Below the pieces are notes generated by a model that saw only the letters and a program-made list of their open reading frames with translations, did no database searches and was not told the DNA's origin. Shown here one piece after another: positions 58,711-64,000 of a stretch of DNA of 64,000 bases (its first letter is position 1; each line of letters starts with the position of its first letter). Position numbers and translations under genes: made by a program. Origin of the DNA: Oscillospiraceae bacterium (GTDB taxonomy: Bacteria; Bacillota; Clostridia; Oscillospirales; Oscillospiraceae); the NCBI GenBank assembly GCA_963667545.2, contig OY763424.2, positions 780,240 to 844,239 of the forward strand, in the 5' to 3' direction.

Positions 58711-58942
58711 GCAATTTCCGTAGAGAAAAGACGCCAAAGGGCTCCGGCCCTTTGGAAAACCGAAGCTCAAGTGCCGCTTCGCGCGTGTGCTGCGCCGCCT
58801 TACGGCGGAAAACACCGCGCTCCACTTCGTAGTCGCGCTGGAATAGCGACGGTCAAGAAGCAACAGGCAAGAGAGGTAAAAGTTTACACGAGCGGAAAAG
58901 AGAAACGGTTCTTAACATCCAATGCAAAGGAGTTGCAGAATA

Positions 58943-60607
58943 ATGAAAAGCGATAATGTGAAAACCGGCATCCAGCAGGCGCCGCACAGAAGTCTGTTCT
59001 ATGCACTCGGCATGACGAAAGAGGAAATGCAGCGCCCGCTTGTAGGCATTGTAAGCTCCTATAACGAGATTATCCCCGGTCATATGAATCTCGACAAAAT
59101 CACCGAAGCGGTCAAGACCGGCGTCCTCATGGCTGGAGGAACACCGATTGTGTTTCCGTCAATCGGAGTATGTGATGGTATCGCAATGGGACACGAAGGA
59201 ATGAAATATTCTCTTGTTACGAGAGATTTGATTGCCGACAGTACCGAGTGCATGGCACTTGCCCATCAATTTGACGCACTTGTTATGATTCCAAATTGCG
59301 ACAAAATTGTGCCCGGGCTCCTCATGGCGGCGGCTCGCGTGAACGTCCCGACCATCTTTGTGTCCGGCGGGCCGATGCTCTCCGGCAATTTAAACGGCAA
59401 GCGCACCTGCCTTTCTTCGATGTTCGAAGCTGTGGGAGCCTACCACGCTGGGAAGATGACTGCCGAGCAGGTAGAGGAATATGAGCTTGCGGCCTGCCCG
59501 ACCTGCGGCTCCTGCTCCGGCATGTACACCGCGAACTCCATGAACTGCGTGACCGAGGCTCTCGGCATGGCTCTGCGAGGAAACGGCACTATACCCGCCG
59601 TCATGTCCGCGAGGCTCCGCCTTGCAAAGCAGACCGGTATGCAAATCATGGAGCTGCTCGAAAAGAATATCCGTCCGCGCGATATAATGACTGAGGAGGC
59701 CTTCCACAACGCCGAAATCGTCGACATGGCGCTGGGCTGCTCGACAAACACGATGTTGCACATCCCCGCCGTCGCGCATGAAGCCGGAATCAAAATAAGC
59801 CTTGACATGGCAAACGACTACTCCGCAAAGACTCCGAACCTCTGTCACCTCGCTCCGGCTGGGCCAACCTTTATGGAGGATCTGGACCGCGCGGGCGGTG
59901 TTCACGCCGTCATGGCGGAGCTGAATAAAAAGGGGCTGCTGAACACCTCGGTAATGACTGCCACGGGCAAAACGCTGGGTGAAAACCTTGAAGGAGTCAA
60001 AAACCTTGATACGGAGGTGATCCGACCGATTGAAAATCCTTATTCGCAGACGGGCGGAATAGCGGTTCTAAAGGGTAATCTTGCTCCCGAAGGCTGTGTT
60101 GTAAAAAGATCGGCCGTTGCGCCGGAAATGATGGTGCATCAAGGGCCAGCGCGCGTCTTCGACAGTGAGGACGAGACGATTGCGGCTATTATCGGCGGCA
60201 AAATAGTCTCCGGCGACGTTATTGTCATCCGCTACGAGGGCCCGAAGGGCGGCCCTGGTATGCGCGAGATGCTTAACCCCACCTCCGCAATTGCCGGTAT
60301 GGGGCTTGACACGACAGTGGCACTCATAACCGACGGAAGATTCTCCGGTGCCACACGCGGCGCCTCAATCGGACACGTTTCACCGGAGGCAGCTCTTGGC
60401 GGGAATATCGCCTTAGTCCGCGAGGGAGATATGATTTCAATTGACATCCCAGCTCATAAAATTGAGCTTCTGGTATCGGACAAGGAGCTCGAAGAGCGCA
60501 GAAAAACGTGGGTCTGCCAGGCACCGAGAATCACAACGGGCTATCTTGCAAGATACACCAAGCTTGTCACCAGCGCCGCACAGGGCGCAATTCTCGAATA
60601 CAGATAA
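58943..60607 (+). CDS. ilvD: Dihydroxy-acid dehydratase
   Basis: [19 protein letters not shown] and ITDGRFSG motifs. ATG at 58943 follows AAGGAG. Confidence 0.95.
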   Translation: MKSDNVKTGIQQAPHRSLFYALGMTKEEMQRPLVGIVSSYNEIIPGHMNLDKITEAVKTGVLMAGGTPIVFPSIGVCDGIAMGHEGMKYSLVTRDLIADSTECMALAHQFDALVMIPNCDKIVPGLLMAAARVNVPTIFVSGGPMLSGNLNGKRTCLSSMFEAVGAYHAGKMTAEQVEEYELAACPTCGSCSGMYTANSMNCVTEALGMALRGNGTIPAVMSARLRLAKQTGMQIMELLEKNIRPRDIMTEEAFHNAEIVDMALGCSTNTMLHIPAVAHEAGIKISLDMANDYSAKTPNLCHLAPAGPTFMEDLDRAGGVHAVMAELNKKGLLNTSVMTATGKTLGENLEGVKNLDTEVIRPIENPYSQTGGIAVLKGNLAPEGCVVKRSAVAPEMMVHQGPARVFDSEDETIAAIIGGKIVSGDVIVIRYEGPKGGPGMREMLNPTSAIAGMGLDTTVALITDGRFSGATRGASIGHVSPEAALGGNIALVREGDMISIDIPAHKIELLVSDKELEERRKTWVCQAPRITTGYLARYTKLVTSAAQGAILEYR

Positions 60608-60619
60608 TAATACACAAAT

Positions 60620-60662
60620 AAATACCCTGTACGGATACTATTTCTGTACAGGGTATTTATTT
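60620..60662 (+). terminator. Intrinsic terminator of ilvD
   Basis: AAATACCCTGTAC - loop - GTACAGGGTATTT followed by ATTT. Confidence 0.8.
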
Positions 60663-60687
60663 AATGCTATCTGTCGAACTGCTGTTG

Positions 60688-60715
60688 TTGACATACGGCT
60701 TTTTTGTGGTAAAAT
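60688..60715 (+). promoter_or_regulatory. Extended -10 promoter candidate for the GtrA-like gene
   Basis: TTGACA - 16 nt (ending in TGG) - TAAAAT. Confidence 0.5.
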
Positions 60716-60789
60716 ATGCGGTGCATCAGATATGCGCGCGTATTTTTGCTTTGGCGTATATTGTAATGATTTGATTTGGGGGTATTCTC

Positions 60790-61335
60790 ATGGAAGAAAA
60801 GCCTTCTATGCTCCGCGCACTTTTCGATAAGTATCGCGAAATAATTATGTACTGCATTTTCGGTGTAATGACGACGATTATCAGCTGGGTCGTATACAGT
60901 ATCTGTGAAAGACTTTTTTCTCAGGTAAGTATGACAGACCCTCATGCGGTTAATTTTTTCTCTTGGATAATCGAGAAGACCGGAGAGCATACGGATGTCA
61001 ACACGTTCATCGTGATGCTTTTGTCGGGCGTAATATCGTGGATTATTGCGGTTATCGTCGCTTTTGTTACTAACAAGCTCTGGGTTTTCGATTCAAAGAG
61101 TTGGGAAAGCTCGCTTGTAAGAAAAGAGGCTTGGACCTTCTTCGGCGGACGAGCAGCGACAGGCTTACTGGAAGTCGTCGCGGTTCCGACTATCGTAAGC
61201 TGGGGCTTCAATATGAAACTTTTCGGAGTCGACGGCCTTCCGGCGAAAATTTTAGTTTCAGTCGCGATTGTTATTTTGAATTATATTTTAAGCAAGTTTA
61301 TATCTTTCCGCGATCCAAAAAAGGAAACGGAATAA
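60790..61335 (+). CDS. GtrA-like family membrane protein
   Basis: 181 aa, 4 TM. The N-terminus REIIMYCIFGVMTTIISW and C-terminus ILNYILSKFISFR are typical of the GtrA family. Confidence 0.7.
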   Translation: MEEKPSMLRALFDKYREIIMYCIFGVMTTIISWVVYSICERLFSQVSMTDPHAVNFFSWIIEKTGEHTDVNTFIVMLLSGVISWIIAVIVAFVTNKLWVFDSKSWESSLVRKEAWTFFGGRAATGLLEVVAVPTIVSWGFNMKLFGVDGLPAKILVSVAIVILNYILSKFISFRDPKKETE

Positions 61336-61343
61336 AACACACT

Positions 61344-61388
61344 AATAAAGAATGCCTCAGAATCTTAGATTCTGAGGCATTCTTTATT
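61344..61388. terminator. Bidirectional intrinsic terminator
   Basis: AATAAAGAATGCCTCAGAATC - TTA - GATTCTGAGGCATTCTTTATT, a 21-bp perfect palindrome. Confidence 0.85.
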
Positions 61389-61399
61389 GATAAATTATT

Positions 61400-63934
61400 T
61401 TAGACAGAGTGTTTGCTTGGCTTTACTTTTTGTATGAGCTTGACAAGCTCATACCAGAGGACGGCGACCGCCGCGATACCGAGGCAGGCGAAGAACTGCG
61501 CAGCTGAAAGGGCGCCAAGCTTCAGGAAAGTGTTGAGCGGCGTATAAAGGATTATCACAAGTCCTGCGACGGTGACAAGACTGGCTAGCCACATAACCTT
61601 GTCGCAGGCAAGACGCATGATAGACTTAAATACGAAATCCCGGTCGGAGCTGTTTACCTGAACAAGGAACACATTCGAGAGCATAATTATCGCGAGTCCC
61701 ATCGCGCGCGCAAGCGGGGCGTTATCGGGGTTTCCAACAAGCATATAGAAATATGTGCCGAAGGAGGCGGCGAAAATAACGAGTCCCTGAATAATGCTCT
61801 TTGCGAGTATCCCCCCGTTCACAATATTATCTCTTGGAATGCGCGGAGGACGGTCCATGATGTTTTTCTCCGCGGGCTGACGCTCCAGAACGATCGAGCA
61901 GGTCGGATCGATGATAAGTTCTAGCAGAACGACATGCAGAGGCAGCAGCAAAAGCGCGGTTGGAGCAATCCCGAGGAGCGGTGCGAGCAGGGAAGCAAAC
62001 GCGATTGGAATATGAATTGTGAACACATAGCCCACGGCCTTGCGGATATTGTCATAAATTCTTCTGCCGTCTCTGACGGTATCAACGATAGTCGTAAAGT
62101 TGTCATCCATGAGAATAAGGTCCGCCGCCTCGCGCGAAACTTCGCTTCCGCGTTTTCCCATTGCAATGCCGATGTCTGCATATTTTAACGCGGGCGCGTC
62201 GTTTACGCCGTCACCCGTCATCGCAACGATTTCGCCGTTTTCCTTGAATGCTTTGACTATGCGCATCTTGTGCTCGGGTATGACGCGTGAGAAGATACTG
62301 ACGTTTTTGACCTTCTCGCGCAGTTCATCGTCGGTCATCGCGTTCAGCATGTCACCCGTAATAATATTTTCATAATCCTTCATACCGATTTTTTTGGCGA
62401 TTGAGGAGGCAGTGACACCATTGTCGCCTGTTATCATGACAACGCGTATGCCTGCCCTATTGCAAAGAGCGATATTGTCTTTTATACCCTCTCGCGGGGG
62501 ATCGGCAAGCCCAATAAGCCCAAGCAGAGCAAGTCTGCAGCAGGTAATATTCTCCGGGACATCTTGCACAGTCGGTGGTTCCATCTTCGCGACAGCAATA
62601 ACGCGGAGCCCCTCCTGAGACATTTCGAGTATCTTGTGATTTGCGGCTTCTCTCTCGGAATCGGACAAATAACAAAGAGATAATATCTTCTCAGGCGAAC
62701 CTTTAGCGGCTACAGTGATTTTATTATTTCTACTCCAGACATGCCCCATCATCTTGAGCTCGTTCGTAAAAGCGTATTCGGAGATGAGGCCTCCCGAAAA
62801 CAGGTGCTCTTTTGTGATGCCGTGGCTGTCGCAGTAAGTGAGCATGGCCTTCTCCATGGGGTCATAGGCTTCGGTTTCGCAGGCGAGCCCCATTGTTTCT
62901 ATCAGCTCGTGCTCATATCCGGAAGCAAGCCAGGTGTCAGAAACGGTCATTTGATTCATGGTTATTGTGCCTGTCTTGTCGACGCACAAAACTGAAACAG
63001 CGCCCAGAGTCTCGACAGACGGGAGCTTTCGCACAAGAGAATGCTTTTTTGCAAGACGCCACGCACCCATTGAAAGGAATACAGTGAGGATTACAGGGAA
63101 CTCCTCAGGAATCATTGCCATTGCGAGTGTAATGCCCGAAAGGACGCTTTCGATTAGTCTTGGCCCCGTAGCGTGGTCAGGGAGGTTAATATAAGTAAAC
63201 ACTCCTACAAGCGCAAAAAGAACGGCCGCAATACCGGCGCAGAGTTTGACAAGCTTACCCGTCTGCTTCTGCAAAGGCGTATCCTCAACCGGTGCCGACG
63301 CTACGTTCGCGCCAATCTTGCCGTATTCGGTAGCCGAACCGATTTTATTGACCAGCACGGTTGCCGTGCCCTGCGTCACAAGCGTTCCGGCATAGCAATA
63401 ATCACGGCGCCAGTAGTCGCCTGTCTCGACGGCCTTATCGGATGTGATTTTCCAGACGCCCTCAGCTTCGCCTGTGAGCGAGGATTCGTCTATGCAGAGG
63501 TCGCTGCATTTGATAACGGCACCGTCCGCGGGGATTTTGACGCCCTCGCATATAAGCATAAGGTCGCACGGGACAAGGTCGGCGCTCGCAATGACCTTTT
63601 CTTCACCATCTCGAATAACTGTGACCTGCGGTGCGGACAGGTCGCGCAGTGCGTTCAGAGTTTTGTCGGTTTTCCACTCCTGAATGATGTCAATACTGAT
63701 GATGCCGACGACGAAAATCAGCATGATTGCGCCGTCGCGCGGTTCGCCGAGAACAAAATAAATAATTGCAGCGACAATAAGCAGTAAAAACATCGGCTCA
63801 CAGATTATGTGGAAAGCTTTTTTATAAAAGCTCTCCTTTTTCTGCGGCGTCAATTCGTTTTTACCGTATTGCTCCTGCAACTTTTCGGCGTCGGCGGAGC
63901 TCAGCCCCGCCATGTTCGGTTTTAATTCTGTCAT
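61400..63934 (-). CDS. Cation-translocating P-type ATPase (P2-like, Ca2+/cation pump family)
   Basis: DKTGTIT phosphorylation site, TGES actuator-type motif (SSLTGEAE), MITGDN and GDGVNDAPALK hinge motifs. 844 aa with about 10 TM. Confidence 0.9.
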   Translation of the reverse strand: MTELKPNMAGLSSADAEKLQEQYGKNELTPQKKESFYKKAFHIICEPMFLLLIVAAIIYFVLGEPRDGAIMLIFVVGIISIDIIQEWKTDKTLNALRDLSAPQVTVIRDGEEKVIASADLVPCDLMLICEGVKIPADGAVIKCSDLCIDESSLTGEAEGVWKITSDKAVETGDYWRRDYCYAGTLVTQGTATVLVNKIGSATEYGKIGANVASAPVEDTPLQKQTGKLVKLCAGIAAVLFALVGVFTYINLPDHATGPRLIESVLSGITLAMAMIPEEFPVILTVFLSMGAWRLAKKHSLVRKLPSVETLGAVSVLCVDKTGTITMNQMTVSDTWLASGYEHELIETMGLACETEAYDPMEKAMLTYCDSHGITKEHLFSGGLISEYAFTNELKMMGHVWSRNNKITVAAKGSPEKILSLCYLSDSEREAANHKILEMSQEGLRVIAVAKMEPPTVQDVPENITCCRLALLGLIGLADPPREGIKDNIALCNRAGIRVVMITGDNGVTASSIAKKIGMKDYENIITGDMLNAMTDDELREKVKNVSIFSRVIPEHKMRIVKAFKENGEIVAMTGDGVNDAPALKYADIGIAMGKRGSEVSREAADLILMDDNFTTIVDTVRDGRRIYDNIRKAVGYVFTIHIPIAFASLLAPLLGIAPTALLLLPLHVVLLELIIDPTCSIVLERQPAEKNIMDRPPRIPRDNIVNGGILAKSIIQGLVIFAASFGTYFYMLVGNPDNAPLARAMGLAIIMLSNVFLVQVNSSDRDFVFKSIMRLACDKVMWLASLVTVAGLVIILYTPLNTFLKLGALSAAQFFACLGIAAVAVLWYELVKLIQKVKPSKHSV

Positions 63935-64000
63935 AACAGTTACCTCCGTTTATGCCTTTCGGCACGCGTATGATAGCTCTATGGCACTTCATTATAAGGT

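Noticed and set aside
58771-58956. 61-aa GTG-initiated ORF in the ilvC-ilvD spacer
   Set aside because: It has no RBS and gives an Arg/Ala/Lys-rich product. It runs through the hairpin-rich element and into the ilvD start. The region is better explained as structured RNA or a repeat element.
63173-63787. 204-aa plus-strand ORF opposite the P-type ATPase
   Set aside because: It is antisense to a gene with all P-type ATPase signatures. The same reasoning applies to the other long antisense ORFs in metG, nadB, htpG, hemW, the FtsX permease and the binding-protein gene.

Overview
This 64-kb window looks like chromosomal DNA from a Clostridia-class Firmicute. That inference rests on strong GGAGG-type ribosome-binding sites (RBS), T-box leaders, YtrA/ABC-2 modules, short-form LeuCD and a long-form HPF. 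I support about 55 protein genes. I recognised no rRNA, tRNA, CRISPR array, transposase or integrase.

Layout:
(1) 1-3800: two ABC-2 permeases, an HD-domain protein, and a small membrane protein followed by a WYL regulator.
(2) 3902-6700, minus strand: a larB-larC-larE operon for the nickel-pincer nucleotide (NPN) cofactor, with no LarA-type enzyme anywhere in the window.
(3) 7011-24678, all plus strand: an 18-gene carbohydrate locus. It encodes a HAD phosphatase, a deoxyhypusine-synthase-fold (DHS-fold) protein, three PfkB kinases and a ROK kinase, a PocR/AraC regulator and a FucI-like isomerase. It also encodes an Mgl-type ABC importer, GmhA-like and PHI-like SIS isomerases, an RPE-family epimerase, DUF4432, a D-lyxose-isomerase cupin, DUF4867 and a class II aldolase.
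(4) 24.8-50 kb, housekeeping and accessory genes: an MFS transporter, GDPD, a YtrA-type GntR with ABC and ABC-2 partners, mnmG, metG, a VanW protein, hemW, htpG and hpf. It continues with an AT-richer patch (membrane-fused lipase, HxlR, PNPOx-like), a 1150-aa FtsX-type permease with its ATPase, and nadB-nadC.
(5) 50-60.6 kb: the branched-chain amino acid regulon. leuACDB (minus) and ilvBNC-ilvD (plus) diverge from a 926-nt spacer that holds two T-box leaders.
(6) 60.8-64 kb: a GtrA-like protein and a P-type cation ATPase.

Most interesting points:
- The orphan lar operon sits next to the unusual sugar locus.
- That locus combines heptose-biosynthesis-type enzymes with an importer and an aldolase, which suggests a possibly undescribed heptose or rare-sugar catabolic route.
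- A 242-bp element with perfect 16-bp inverted repeats lies between ilvC and ilvD.

All functional calls come from motif and family recognition by eye. No database search was run.
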